A stretch of 64,000 nucleotides of DNA from Candidatus Fermentithermobacillaceae bacterium. Its GTDB lineage: Bacteria > Bacillota > Sulfobacillia > Fermentithermobacillales > Fermentithermobacillaceae. The notes beneath the pieces were generated by a model. The model saw only the letters and a program-made list of their open reading frames with translations. It did not search any database and was not told the origin of the DNA. Position 1 is the first letter of the stretch. Each line of letters begins with the position of its first letter. Below are positions 8,304 to 18,540 of this stretch, one piece after another. The stretch is taken from assembly GCA_012842685.1 (NCBI GenBank), contig DUSI01000047.1, positions 2,059 to 66,058 on the forward strand. Direction: 5' to 3'. The translations under genes and the position numbers were made by a program.

Positions 8304-10832
8304 GTGGAAAAATGTCCCATGCCGTCGCTTCCTGTTTACGCGGAACAGCGCCATCCAAGAGGCCTAAGCCATTGGCTCCCCTTGCTCCTGCCAGGTCTCC
8401 TGGCCCTTCTAGGAGCAACCTACCCACGGATACTCCTGAGGTGCCTGAAGATATGTGCGGGACCGGCCTTCTTGGCCCTGGCGTGGTGGTGTATCCCACG
8501 GAAGACCCCGGGTGGCATGAGGCTGCGGCTCTCCGGCACTAATACCGTCCCGATGCCCTTCGTTGCCGGTATCCTCTTGTGCGCTGCCGGCCTCCTCTTG
8601 GGGATGGCCCGGGGGCTTGCGTGGGAAGGGCGCATATTGCAAGTCTCGCAGCTCGCGCGTGCCGGAACGCCGGAGGAACTTGTCCTCATCCCGCTGGAGG
8701 AACCCCGGCCGGAGTACGGCTCGCGGTACTCCTTCCGGGCACTGGCGTATCCTCCCGGCCTCGAGGGGCACTCATGGTTCGGCGTGGAAGCCCGTGTTTA
8801 TACCTCCGATGCCTCGAAGTTTGCTCCGGGGCTTACGGTGTACTGCCGGGCCGCCCTCGAGCTCCCCGCCTCTGCCATGAATCCCGGAGGCTTTGACTAC
8901 CGGGGATACCTTCTGGGAGAACGGATCCTGGCTCTGGCAATGGTAGAGAGCGTCCTGGAGCGTCGTGGAGGGGAGTCCGGTCCTTCTCGGTCTCTTCCGC
9001 CATGGACTTTACTCCGTTGCCTTACGGCAAGAGGCCTGGCGGCGCTGGTGGGTCGTATGTCCCGGGCCATTGAGTCGGGTTTTCCGGAGGAGGATGCCGC
9101 CGTCCTGAAGGCGGTTTTCTTGGGCGTGAGGAGTGGGCTGTTTCCGGAAGAGTCCCGGGACTTCAGGAGGTCGGGCTTCTACCGGTTTGTCGGGCTGTGC
9201 GGGTTCCACGTGGACCTCCTCTTTGGCCTCGTGGAGAGGGGCGTGAGGCGGCTCACAAAGAGGCCTTCCTTTTCGAGGCTGGCGGCCCTTTTGGTTGCCT
9301 GGGTCTACGGTTCGGTTTCCGGATGGCCTGCCGGGGTGACAAGAGCATTTGTCTGCGGCTCGCTCAGGAGCTTTGCCCCGGCGCTTAGGCGCCGGTACCA
9401 CCCGCTGGCAGGGCTCGGGGCGTCGGCGCTTGTGGTCGCGTGGACCTTGCCGTTTCCCCTCAAGAACATAGGCTGTATCCTGACCTTCGCGGGCTCTATG
9501 GGGGCATGGCTTGGCTCGGTGTACGAGGATGTCCTCAAAGCGCGTCATGAAGCCTCTCATCCCTTGAGAGCGGCGCCGGTCCGTTCTCTAACCGCGTGCG
9601 TCGCGCTCCTTCCGGTCATGGCGGCTCACTTCGAAGAGGTCTCTATCGTGTCTTTCGCCCTAAGCGGGCTGTGGGGAAGCCTTGCGTCGGTCATGGTCCC
9701 GGCGGCTGCCCTTGTGTCTTTCGTCCCTCTCCTCGGCGCCGCATTCGGATGGATCCCCCACGTGCTTCTCAAGGGAGCTAGGGCTATCGCGGCTCTCTCG
9801 GCGAGGGCGCCCTTATCCAGCGTCTGCCTGCCGGCTCCCGGCTGTCTTGAGGTGGCTGCCTGCTGGACCCTTCTTGCGGTCCCTCTTGCGTCTAGCGGGA
9901 TCTTGGGGAGGATCCGGTGGGGAGAAGACGCGGATTTTTATTACAGGCGCAACATGCGCCTTAGGGCGCTCCGGATGGCGGGCGTCCTCGGCTCGGCGGC
10001 CGTACTCTTGGTTTCGGCCTTCTGCAGGGTGTATGCCGTCTTTCCCGAAGTGACCTTCCTCTATGTGGGCCAAGGGGACTGTGCCGTCGTAAGGTGCGGG
10101 CGGTCAGTGATGATCGTAGATACGGGTACGGCCTCGGCCTTCGAACGGCACGTGCTGCCGTATCTCAGGGCCCGGGGGATACGCCGCGTGGATCTCTGCG
10201 TGATATCCCACCTGCACGAGGATCATGCGGGAGGTCTGGCCGCCCTGTGCGCGGGCTCCACCGTTGGCGCCGTCGCCGTAACCCCCGGTTTTCGAGAGGA
10301 CGCCGAGGCCATGATCGCTGGAGACGGGAAAGGGCAGGGAAACTCCATGCCCCGGGTGGTGGAGGTCGCTGCGGGCAGCACATACCGGTGGGCAGGTGCC
10401 GTCCTGGATGTCCTTCTCCCTGAACAGGGAAGATACTCCACTGATGAGATCGCGAATGAGTCCAGCCTAGCTTTCGTCCTCAAAGTGGGTAAAATGGAAG
10501 TTGAGTTCTGGGGCGATGCCCCCGCGAAATCGATCTCGGACGTCTTGGACAGATTCAGCGGGGCTCTCACTGGAGAGGCAGGAGGGAAGCAAGTAGTAGT
10601 TAAGGTGCCTCACCACGGGAGCCCAGACGCCTACGTCGAATCCCTTTACGTCCGCCCGTACGGGGAAGTCGTTTCCGTTATTTCGGTGGGAGCAAACCCT
10701 TACGGTCACCCGTCAAAACTTGTGGTAGAAGCCGCGAGCAGAGGGGGAAAGACGCTGAGACTTGACGAAAAAGGCGCGGTGACGGTGAGGAGCGTATTGG
10801 GAAGGACCGTCGTGCGCACATTCTTACCGTAG
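8304..10832 (+). CDS. comEC: DNA internalization competence protein ComEC/Rec2 (competence domain + metallo-beta-lactamase domain)
   Basis: 842 aa. Polytopic N-terminal half, C-terminal MBL motif VISHLHEDHAGGL and VKVPHHGS. The exact start is uncertain. Confidence 0.85.
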   Translation: MEKCPMPSLPVYAEQRHPRGLSHWLPLLLPGLLALLGATYPRILLRCLKICAGPAFLALAWWCIPRKTPGGMRLRLSGTNTVPMPFVAGILLCAAGLLLGMARGLAWEGRILQVSQLARAGTPEELVLIPLEEPRPEYGSRYSFRALAYPPGLEGHSWFGVEARVYTSDASKFAPGLTVYCRAALELPASAMNPGGFDYRGYLLGERILALAMVESVLERRGGESGPSRSLPPWTLLRCLTARGLAALVGRMSRAIESGFPEEDAAVLKAVFLGVRSGLFPEESRDFRRSGFYRFVGLCGFHVDLLFGLVERGVRRLTKRPSFSRLAALLVAWVYGSVSGWPAGVTRAFVCGSLRSFAPALRRRYHPLAGLGASALVVAWTLPFPLKNIGCILTFAGSMGAWLGSVYEDVLKARHEASHPLRAAPVRSLTACVALLPVMAAHFEEVSIVSFALSGLWGSLASVMVPAAALVSFVPLLGAAFGWIPHVLLKGARAIAALSARAPLSSVCLPAPGCLEVAACWTLLAVPLASSGILGRIRWGEDADFYYRRNMRLRALRMAGVLGSAAVLLVSAFCRVYAVFPEVTFLYVGQGDCAVVRCGRSVMIVDTGTASAFERHVLPYLRARGIRRVDLCVISHLHEDHAGGLAALCAGSTVGAVAVTPGFREDAEAMIAGDGKGQGNSMPRVVEVAAGSTYRWAGAVLDVLLPEQGRYSTDEIANESSLAFVLKVGKMEVEFWGDAPAKSISDVLDRFSGALTGEAGGKQVVVKVPHHGSPDAYVESLYVRPYGEVVSVISVGANPYGHPSKLVVEAASRGGKTLRLDEKGAVTVRSVLGRTVVRTFLP

Positions 10833-10907
10833 CCGCGTAGGAAAAGCAGCTTATCACGGAGAAAACCTTGAAGAGCCAGCCCTCATCGAGACCGGAGTGA
10901 TTAACAC

Positions 10908-12152
10908 ATGGAAACTTACAGGCGCAGGAAGGACAAGCCCGGTGCGCCCGTCTTGGCGGCGGTGCTGTTCGGGCTTTTCGTCATAGCGTCTCTCCTTTTT
11001 CGCCATGAAGTAGTATCGGGGAACGTGTGGGCCATGGGAGTGCCTCTGGGCGGTCTTCCCCGGCGGGAGGCCGAAGAGGTGCTCCGCGAGAGAATTCAGG
11101 AGCTTAAAGAAGGCCCCATAGTCTTCGTGGCCGGGAGCAAGACTTTCGAGGTAAGTCCACAGGAGATCGGCCTTCACGTGGACGAAAAAGAGATCCTGAG
11201 CTCTCTCGACGCGTACGTATCGGCGGCTCCCCGACTGTGGTCTTCCCTTTTCTCCAAGAGGGGAGCGAAGACGGTCATGGCCGCTCCCATAACCATAAAG
11301 CTACCCGCCGCCGGGGATATCCTAGGCGAGATCGCGCGGGCGCTTTCTTCAAAGCCGGAGAGATCCCGGTACGATTTCGAGGGTCGGGACCTGGTCGTTG
11401 TGCCCGCTTCTCCAGGGCAGGTCGTGACCGAAGAAGACGTAGCCATGGCCCTCCAGAGCATCCAGGGTACCCGCGTCGAGGTCCCCTATACCCCTGTAGA
11501 AGCGCCCGAGAGCGAGGAGCTTCCTGCGCTGTCTCTCCTGGCCGAGTTCTCCACCGAGTACGACGTCGAAGACACTGACAGGAACGTGAACCTGGCCCTC
11601 GCCGCCCAGGCGGTTCACCTCAAAGTCCTTGAGCCGGGACAAGTCTACAGCTTCAACAAGGAAGCGGGCGAGAGGACCGTGGCAAAAGGGTACCGGTACG
11701 CCATGGTTGTCGTGGGGGACCGGTTGGAGCCAGGCCTCGCCGGCGGGATATGCCAGGTGACGACCACTTTGTTTGACGCCGCCGCCCTGGCGGGCCTGGA
11801 TTTTCCGTTTGTGACCGCCCACGGGATACCCGTGGAGTATGTGCCTCCGGGCATGGACGCCGCGGTCGCGTGGGATTACCTTGACCTCAAGATAAAGAAC
11901 AACACGGACGAAAAAGTGGTTTTCGGCGCGTGGGTTGAAGACGGGCTCGTGACGGTGAGGGTCTTCGGAAAGCCCGATGGGTATACATACGAGATCGTAC
12001 CGGTCACGGTTGCCGAGTACCCCTCGCCCGGAAAGCGGCCGGGTCTCCTGGTCGAGACGTATAGGGTCAAGAAGCTGAACGGCGTGGAAGTAGAACGCGA
12101 GCTCATAATGCGCAACACTTACTTGCCATCCTATCCGCCGCCCACGAGGTAG
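10908..12152 (+). CDS. VanW family protein (YoaR-like)
   Basis: N-terminal TM helix, peptidoglycan-binding-like region, and the VanW core ...GGGICQVTTTLFDAAALAGL.... Confidence 0.85.
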   Translation: METYRRRKDKPGAPVLAAVLFGLFVIASLLFRHEVVSGNVWAMGVPLGGLPRREAEEVLRERIQELKEGPIVFVAGSKTFEVSPQEIGLHVDEKEILSSLDAYVSAAPRLWSSLFSKRGAKTVMAAPITIKLPAAGDILGEIARALSSKPERSRYDFEGRDLVVVPASPGQVVTEEDVAMALQSIQGTRVEVPYTPVEAPESEELPALSLLAEFSTEYDVEDTDRNVNLALAAQAVHLKVLEPGQVYSFNKEAGERTVAKGYRYAMVVVGDRLEPGLAGGICQVTTTLFDAAALAGLDFPFVTAHGIPVEYVPPGMDAAVAWDYLDLKIKNNTDEKVVFGAWVEDGLVTVRVFGKPDGYTYEIVPVTVAEYPSPGKRPGLLVETYRVKKLNGVEVERELIMRNTYLPSYPPPTR

Positions 12153-12160
12153 GGAGACTT

Positions 12161-13171
12161 ATGAGGTCCACCGACGCCCAGACCCTCATAGCCTCCGGAG
12201 ACCTTGAATGTCGGGAGAGGACCGCCACCGGGTACCTCATAGTCGGCGAAGAGGTCTACTGGCACCGGAAGATCATAGATAGCCTCTCCAGGCTCTTCCC
12301 GAACGGGGCCGAGAACCTCTCGGGCGAGGACACGAGCTGGGATTTCCTCAAAGAGAGCCTCGTACAGCCCTCGTTTTTCGGGCCTTCCCTGTGGGTCGTG
12401 AGAGACGCGCAGGTTCTCCTAGAGCGAAAGGAAGCCGCAGGGGTGGATTACATCGCTCCGGGGAACTGCCTTGTCTTGTCGTGCCCGGTGAAAGATAACC
12501 CGGCCAGAAAGGAGTTCTTGGAAGCCTGGGATAGGCTAGGCGGGATAGTAGTAAGCGCGAGCGTACCCTCGTTCACGGAAGCGGTCCGTTGGGTTGAGTC
12601 TTCTCTCCTGAGTGAGAACCTGAGGATTTCCACCGAAGCCGCAGAGCTCCTCGTGAATATTGCCGGGAGGAGCATGGACCGTCTTGAGCAAGAAGTGGCG
12701 AAGATCGCCTTGTACATGGGGCCGGGCGATTCTCCTCCGGTCAGACCGAGGCCTGTGAGCCCAGAGGTTGTCCTGGCCTGTGCCTCTCAAGACCCAGAGA
12801 AGACTGCTTTTGGTTTGGTGGACGCGGTGGCCGGAAAAAACGGTCCCAGGGCAGCGATGGAGCTTCAGGACCTAAAGAGCCGCTCATCAGGACTAGTCCC
12901 TGTTATCTCGCTCCTCGCCTCCCACTTTGCCGTGATGTGGAGAGCCAAGGAAGCCACTCGAGAGGGCGTGTCCCAGGCGGACCTTCCAAGAGTGCTGGGG
13001 GTTCACCCCTACCTGGCCAAGAAAGCCTTGGCCCAGTCCCGCTCCTGGAGTTTTCGGGAACTGGAAGCCGCCTTTCGGCTCCTCCTCGAGGTGGACGAAA
13101 GCCTCAAGACAGGAGCTATGGAGCCGGACCGGGCGATAGACTACCTGCTGGCTAACATCTGCAAGGGATAA
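12161..13171 (+). CDS. holA: DNA polymerase III subunit delta
   Basis: 336 aa. The comEC...holA-rpsT synteny is as in Firmicutes. Helical C-terminal domain. Confidence 0.8.
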   Translation: MRSTDAQTLIASGDLECRERTATGYLIVGEEVYWHRKIIDSLSRLFPNGAENLSGEDTSWDFLKESLVQPSFFGPSLWVVRDAQVLLERKEAAGVDYIAPGNCLVLSCPVKDNPARKEFLEAWDRLGGIVVSASVPSFTEAVRWVESSLLSENLRISTEAAELLVNIAGRSMDRLEQEVAKIALYMGPGDSPPVRPRPVSPEVVLACASQDPEKTAFGLVDAVAGKNGPRAAMELQDLKSRSSGLVPVISLLASHFAVMWRAKEATREGVSQADLPRVLGVHPYLAKKALAQSRSWSFRELEAAFRLLLEVDESLKTGAMEPDRAIDYLLANICKG

Positions 13172-13177
13172 GCAAGA

Positions 13178-13206
13178 CAAAATAGACCGCAAGCGGTCTA
13201 TTTTCT
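13178..13206. terminator. bidirectional rho-independent terminator between convergent holA and rpsT (ATAGACCGCAAGCGGTCTAT hairpin flanked by A- and T-tracts)
   Basis: Perfect 8 bp stem with an A-run upstream and a T-run downstream. Confidence 0.7.
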
Positions 13207-13235
13207 GGAAAACCCGATGGTGAGACTCACATGCC

Positions 13236-13490
13236 CTAGAGCAGTGCGGCCAACCTGGACTTATACCTGGATCCGGTGTTGGGCTTGAGTACGCCCTTGC
13301 TCACGGCCTTGTCTATGGCCTTCTGGGCCATGCGGTAAAGCCGGACCTTTTCTTCCTGATCGGCCGTAGTGGCCGCGGCCTGTCTGAACTTACGGATATA
13401 GGTCCTTACCTGAGACTTTATCGCCTGGTTCCGGCGGCGACGCTTTTCGGATCTCCTGATATCTTTCTCGCTGGACTTTATGTTAGCCAA
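13236..13490 (-). CDS. rpsT: 30S ribosomal protein S20
   Basis: (M)ANIKSSEKDIRRSEKRRRRNQAIKSQVRTYIRKF.... TTG start at 13490 with GGTGGAGGTG RBS. The track ORF extends 11 codons further upstream. Confidence 0.9.
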   Translation of the reverse strand: MANIKSSEKDIRRSEKRRRRNQAIKSQVRTYIRKFRQAAATTADQEEKVRLYRMAQKAIDKAVSKGVLKPNTGSRYKSRLAALL

Positions 13491-13597
13491 AAACGGCACC
13501 TCCACCATTACTACTGACACCACAGAATCTTAACACGCATTGGTTCTGCGGCGCAACAATGGGTGGAGGTGCGTGCACCTTTCCCCGAAAAGCCTTC

Positions 13598-14443
13598 TCA
13601 GGGGCTCAGCTTCTTGAGCTCCTGCATGTAGGTGTCTATCGACTTCACGAACGAAGCGGTTCCCAGCGCGACCTTGCTGCTGTCGCCTCCGGCTGCCTCC
13701 TTGGCTCCCTGGGCCGCCAGAGCGAGATCGGAGATGATGCTTACCGCTCCGGAATGGGCCGCCTTGAGGCCGCTTTCCACTGTCATGCCCTCAAGCTCCG
13801 ACTTCAAAGCAGAAAGCTCCGATTCCATGTTGGAGATCATGACCTGGCTTTCCGTCCCAAGGTATTGGGCATCCCAGAAAGCGAGGAGAGACTGGATGGC
13901 GGTATCGGCTTTGACAAAGGCGTTCTGGATTGCCTCTACTTGCGTCTTCGGCCCGGTTATCGTAAACGACCTGGAAGGGACCTCAGTGGTCGCCACGTAG
14001 AGGGTGTCGCCTGCAGCGACCACGCTGCCTGCCAATTTGGGCTGGGCAGCCTGAGCCAGTTTGTTTGCCGCTTCCTTCGAGCCGGTAATCCCGCAGTATA
14101 CCTTGTAGAGGGGGTCGGGGCTCATGACCGCTGCGCCCACGCCTTTCGCGATGGCTGCCTGGGCGGCCTTTTCTGCGTTCTCCATGGTGGAGAAAGCGCC
14201 GATCTGGACTCTGTAAAGGGTCACGGGCTTGGTCTGGATCTGGACGGTCGTGGTATCAGTGCTTCCCGAAGGCGTCTGGATCTGGCCGCCGCTCACGGGT
14301 TCTCCTCCGGCGGGCCTGTCGAGAAGCGCCGAGAGGAAGTACCTCCCTATAAGGTAACCCGATCCTACGAAGGCGAGGGCGACAAGGACGAATATGAGCT
14401 TGCTGCCAAGGCCCTTGCTTTGGCCCAGACGGGACCTCCGCAC
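13598..14443 (-). CDS. SPOR (sporulation-related repeat) domain membrane protein with an extra C-terminal helical domain
   Basis: N-terminal TM helix. YRVQIGAFSTMENAEKAAQAAIAKGVGAAVM is a SPOR fold signature. GTG start with GAGGAGGTG RBS. Confidence 0.7.
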   Translation of the reverse strand: MRRSRLGQSKGLGSKLIFVLVALAFVGSGYLIGRYFLSALLDRPAGGEPVSGGQIQTPSGSTDTTTVQIQTKPVTLYRVQIGAFSTMENAEKAAQAAIAKGVGAAVMSPDPLYKVYCGITGSKEAANKLAQAAQPKLAGSVVAAGDTLYVATTEVPSRSFTITGPKTQVEAIQNAFVKADTAIQSLLAFWDAQYLGTESQVMISNMESELSALKSELEGMTVESGLKAAHSGAVSIISDLALAAQGAKEAAGGDSSKVALGTASFVKSIDTYMQELKKLSP

Positions 14444-14498
14444 TTCTTCGCACCTCCTCGATACTTGATAAGGGTTCCGACGCAGCTCGATTCAATGT

Positions 14499-15857
14499 TT
14501 ATGTCCCGTTTTGCCGGGTCATACCAAGCTTGGACGATATATAAGTCCTGGCAGATCCCACGAGGTACAGGGAACCTGAGATGAGTAGCATGTCATCCTC
14601 TCCGGTCCTCTTGAGCCCCTCGTCGATGGCCTTGCGGAAATCGGGTTCAACGTCCACAGACCTCACGTAGCGCCTCGCTTCAGAGGCGAGGATTTCCGGA
14701 TCCAGGGCCCTGGGGGTATCGGGCTTTGTCGCGATGATCTCGTCGCAGTGGGGCGCTATGAGGGCCGTGGCTTCTTTGTACGACTTATCTCCCAAGATGC
14801 CGAGGACGCACACGGTCCGCTTCTTGGGGAAACTGGAGAGAGTGTCGCTTAGAGCTTTGGCTCCCTCTGGGTTGTGGGCCCCATCGAGAATTATGAGCGG
14901 TCTCCTGGACATTACCTCCATGCGTCCCGGCCATCTTGTCCTGGCTATCCCGTGTCTAACGGCCGCCCGGTCCAAGCGGAACCTGCCTTCTCTGTTCTTG
15001 GGCTTCCCGACCTCGAGAGCCGCGACGGCGACCGCGGCGTTCTGCTGCTGGTGCCTTCCCAAGAGAGGCACTTGCAGGTTTTCGTAGTGGAAACCCGGTC
15101 CCCGGACGTCAATGACCTGGCCTTCCATGGAGTAGGAGATCTCCTCCCAGGTCACGTCCGCCCGCCTCTTGTCTGATACGGTGAACAGGGGAGAGCCCAG
15201 CTCGCGGGCCCTTTCCTCGATCACCCGGAGCGCCTCGTCGTCGGAAACCCCTGTGACGACGGGCACCCCGGGCTTTATGATGCCTGCCTTTTCCCAGGCG
15301 ATCTTGCCCAGGGTGTCCCCCAGGCGGTCGGTGTGGTCGAAGGAAACGGTAGTGATCACCGACACCGCCGGGATCACGATGTTGGTCGCGTCAAATCTCC
15401 CTCCGAGCCCTACCTCGAGGGCGACGAAATCGCACCCCTCCCGCGCGTAATACAGGAAGGCGAGAGCTGTCACCACTTCAAACTCGGTGGGGTGTTCTTG
15501 GCCCTCACTCAGCATCTGTTCCACGGCCGGTCTCACGACCCCCACCAGTTCCACCAGCTCTTCCCGGGAGATCATCTTGTCTCCGATGCAGATCCTCTCT
15601 CTGAAGTCCTCTAGGTAAGGGGAGATGTACCTTCCTGTCCTGTACCCGTTGGCCGAAAGGGCGGAGGCCACCATGGCGGTCACCGAGCCCTTCCCGTTGG
15701 TCCCCGTCACGTGGATGTATTCTGAACGCCGCTCAGGATTGCCAAGGAGCTCCGCGAGCCTCCTCACGCGGTCCAGGCCGAGCTTGGACCCGAACCTCAT
15801 GGTGCTGTGTATCCAAGCCAGCGCTTCTTCGTAGATTTCGCTTCCTATTCCAACCAT
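14499..15857 (-). CDS. folC: bifunctional folylpolyglutamate synthase / dihydrofolate synthase
   Basis: 452 aa. HVTGTNGKGS P-loop and Mur-ligase-type domains. valS-folC synteny. Confidence 0.9.
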   Translation of the reverse strand: MVGIGSEIYEEALAWIHSTMRFGSKLGLDRVRRLAELLGNPERRSEYIHVTGTNGKGSVTAMVASALSANGYRTGRYISPYLEDFRERICIGDKMISREELVELVGVVRPAVEQMLSEGQEHPTEFEVVTALAFLYYAREGCDFVALEVGLGGRFDATNIVIPAVSVITTVSFDHTDRLGDTLGKIAWEKAGIIKPGVPVVTGVSDDEALRVIEERARELGSPLFTVSDKRRADVTWEEISYSMEGQVIDVRGPGFHYENLQVPLLGRHQQQNAAVAVAALEVGKPKNREGRFRLDRAAVRHGIARTRWPGRMEVMSRRPLIILDGAHNPEGAKALSDTLSSFPKKRTVCVLGILGDKSYKEATALIAPHCDEIIATKPDTPRALDPEILASEARRYVRSVDVEPDFRKAIDEGLKRTGEDDMLLISGSLYLVGSARTYISSKLGMTRQNGT

Positions 15858-15897
15858 TGCCGCATCCTCCCCCGGGAGGGTCCCTCCGGCGGAATTC

Positions 15898-18528
15898 CTA
15901 GTTAACGCGTCTTAGCATGTCTATCCTGGCTCTAAGGGTCTCCAGCTTGGCGGTAGATTCTTCGTACCTCTTTTTCTGGGCTTCGACGATCTCCTTAGGC
16001 GCCTTGGACAGGAAGTCCTCCTGGGATAACCTGGCGCGGGTCCTCTCGATGTCCTTCTCCAGTTCGCCCATGGTCTTCTGGAGCCGCTGGATCTCCTTAT
16101 CGATATCGATCACGCCCTCGAGAGGCAGATACACAGTAGCGCCCTTTGCCACGCTCGCTAGTGCCTTGTGCACGTCCGTGAGTTCCTCCATGTCCCCGAG
16201 GCGCACGGGTTCCGCCCACGCCAGCCTCTGGATGTAGGGGATCATCTTCTCCCAGCGCGCAGGTTCGACCGCTGCGATTATGGCGGGAGCCTTTCTACCG
16301 GTCCCTATATTCACCTCGGCCCTCATGTTCCGGAGCGCTTTGGTCGCCTCGATGAGGGCCTGGGCTTCCTCTTCCGCCTCAGGGTCAAGTTCCCACCGTC
16401 CAGGCGCCGGGTAGGGGTGGATCATCAGGCTGCCTTCCTTGCCAGGCACTCGTCCGGGGAGGTAAGACCACAGCTCTTCTGTTACGAAAGGTATGAACGG
16501 GTGGAGGAGCGCCAGGGAGTCCCTTAGCACCGTCCACAAGACCGCCTGGGTTTCTTCCTTCAGCTCTTCCCGGGACATGTCTTCCTTGGCGATCTCGATA
16601 TACCAGTCGCAGAACTCGTTCCAGACGAAGTCTATGATAAGCCCTATGGCTTCTCCGGGTTCGAAGTTTTCCAGGGCGTCGTTTACGCCTCTTATGGTCC
16701 GCTCAAGGCGAGAGAGGATCCACCGGCCCGCGAACCCCTTGGGCGAGACTTTCTCCGGGGGACTAAAGTCTTCGAGGTTGGCTAGGCAGAACCTCGCCGC
16801 GTTCCAGAGTTTGTTCACGAAGTTCCTGGCCCCTTCAACCTTCTCGTCGTAGAGGCGCATGTCGTTGCCCATGGCTGTCCCCGCGATCAAGGAGATGCGC
16901 AAGGCGTCGGCCCCGAACTTGTCGATGACCTCAAGGGGGTCTATTCCGTTCCCCAGGCTCTTGGACATCTTCCGTCCAAGGGCGTCCCTGACTATCCCGT
17001 GGATAACCACCGTGTGGAACGGCTCTCTCCCGGTGAACTCCAGTGACGAGAAGATCATCCGGGCTACCCAGAAGAAGATGATGTCGTAGCCGGACACCAG
17101 GACGTCGGTGGGGAAGAAGTAATCGAGGTCAGCGGTCTTCTCGGGCCATCCCATGGTGGAGAAGGGCCAGAGCGCCGAGGAGAACCACGTATCCAGCACG
17201 TCTTCGTCTTGCCTCAACGCGCCGCCGCAGTCCGGGCAGGATTTCGGTTCTTCTCTCGCTACTATCGTCTTCCCGCACGAATCGCAGTACCAAGCAGGGA
17301 TCCTGTGGCCCCACCAGAGCTGCCTCGAGATGCACCAGTCGCGGACGTTTTCCATCCAGTTCAAGTAGATCTTTGTGAAGCGCTCGGGGACGAACCTGAC
17401 TTTCCCTTCGCGCACCGCCTTGATGGCGGGCTCGGCCAGGGGCTTCATCCTCACGAACCATTGCTCGGATATCAGGGGTTCAACGTTTGTGTCGCACCTG
17501 TGGCAGCGTCCGATGGAGAGCTTGTAGGGCTCGGTCTTAACGAGGAAGTCGCCTTCTTCGAGGTCCTTGAGCAGTGCTTTCCTGCATTCATAGCGGTCCA
17601 TACCCTCGTACTTGCCCGCGGCAGACGTCATCTTGGCATGGGTGTCTATCACGGTTACGAATTCGAGGCCGTGGATCTTGCCCATTTCGAAGTCGTCGGG
17701 GTCGTGGGCGGGCGTTACCTTCACCGCCCCGGTCCCGAAGGAAGGATCCACGCGGTCGTCGGCGAAAATCGGGAGTCTCCTCCCGATGATGGGAAGGATA
17801 GCGTGTCTCCCGATGAGATGGGAATACCGCTTGTCATCCGGGTTCACGGCGATCCCGGTATCTCCCAACATGGTCTCGGGCCTGGTCGTGGCCACTACCA
17901 CGTACTCATCTGAGCCTTCCAGAGGATAGCGGATGTACCACAGGAACGAGTCCACATCCTCGTGTTCCACTTCGATGTCGGAGATAACAGTGTGACAGCT
18001 GGGGCAGAAGTTCACCATGTAGTTTCCTTTGTAGATGAGCCCCTTCTCATAGAGCCTCACGAATACCTCAGTAACCGCTCTTGAGCAGCCTTCGTCCATC
18101 GTGAAACGCTCACGAGACCAGTCGCAGGAGGCCCCCAGGCTCTTTATCTGGTCGGTTATGATGTTCCCGTATTTCCTCTTCCAATCCCAGGCCCTCTCCA
18201 GGAACTTCTCGCGGCCGAGCTCCAGCCTGGATGTACCCTCTGATTCGAGCATCTCCTCTATTTTCGCGTGGGTGGCTATGGAAGCGTGGTCGGTCCCGGG
18301 CAGCCAGAGGGTCTCCCGCCCCGACATCCTCATGTGGCGGATTATTGTGTCTTGAATGGTGAGATCCAAGGCGTGTCCTATGTGGAGCGACCCGGTGATG
18401 TTGGGAGGGGGCATGACCAGGGAGAACTTTGGCTTTTGGGATCCAGCCTCCGCCTTGAAGAGATCGTTTTCCATCCAGTAACGGTACCATTTTTCTTCGA
18501 AAGACTTGGGTTCGTAGGCTTTGGGCAT
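15898..18528 (-). CDS. valS: valine--tRNA ligase
   Basis: HIGH motif PPPNITGSLHIGHAL, KMSKS motif, C-terminal coiled coil. The start was set to ATG at 18528 (MPKAYEPKSFEEKWY) with GAAGGAG RBS. The track ORF starts 28 codons upstream, inside the T-box terminator. Confidence 0.95.
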   Translation of the reverse strand: MPKAYEPKSFEEKWYRYWMENDLFKAEAGSQKPKFSLVMPPPNITGSLHIGHALDLTIQDTIIRHMRMSGRETLWLPGTDHASIATHAKIEEMLESEGTSRLELGREKFLERAWDWKRKYGNIITDQIKSLGASCDWSRERFTMDEGCSRAVTEVFVRLYEKGLIYKGNYMVNFCPSCHTVISDIEVEHEDVDSFLWYIRYPLEGSDEYVVVATTRPETMLGDTGIAVNPDDKRYSHLIGRHAILPIIGRRLPIFADDRVDPSFGTGAVKVTPAHDPDDFEMGKIHGLEFVTVIDTHAKMTSAAGKYEGMDRYECRKALLKDLEEGDFLVKTEPYKLSIGRCHRCDTNVEPLISEQWFVRMKPLAEPAIKAVREGKVRFVPERFTKIYLNWMENVRDWCISRQLWWGHRIPAWYCDSCGKTIVAREEPKSCPDCGGALRQDEDVLDTWFSSALWPFSTMGWPEKTADLDYFFPTDVLVSGYDIIFFWVARMIFSSLEFTGREPFHTVVIHGIVRDALGRKMSKSLGNGIDPLEVIDKFGADALRISLIAGTAMGNDMRLYDEKVEGARNFVNKLWNAARFCLANLEDFSPPEKVSPKGFAGRWILSRLERTIRGVNDALENFEPGEAIGLIIDFVWNEFCDWYIEIAKEDMSREELKEETQAVLWTVLRDSLALLHPFIPFVTEELWSYLPGRVPGKEGSLMIHPYPAPGRWELDPEAEEEAQALIEATKALRNMRAEVNIGTGRKAPAIIAAVEPARWEKMIPYIQRLAWAEPVRLGDMEELTDVHKALASVAKGATVYLPLEGVIDIDKEIQRLQKTMGELEKDIERTRARLSQEDFLSKAPKEIVEAQKKRYEESTAKLETLRARIDMLRRVN

Positions 18529-18540
18529 CTCCTTCAACAC

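Noticed and set aside
7551-8354. 267 aa - strand ORF over the ABC permease
   Set aside because: Antisense, H/R/G-rich, no family resemblance.
13559-14584. 341 aa + strand ORF covering the SPOR gene
   Set aside because: Antisense to a well-supported gene (RBS, SPOR motif). R/G/L-rich composition. No RBS.
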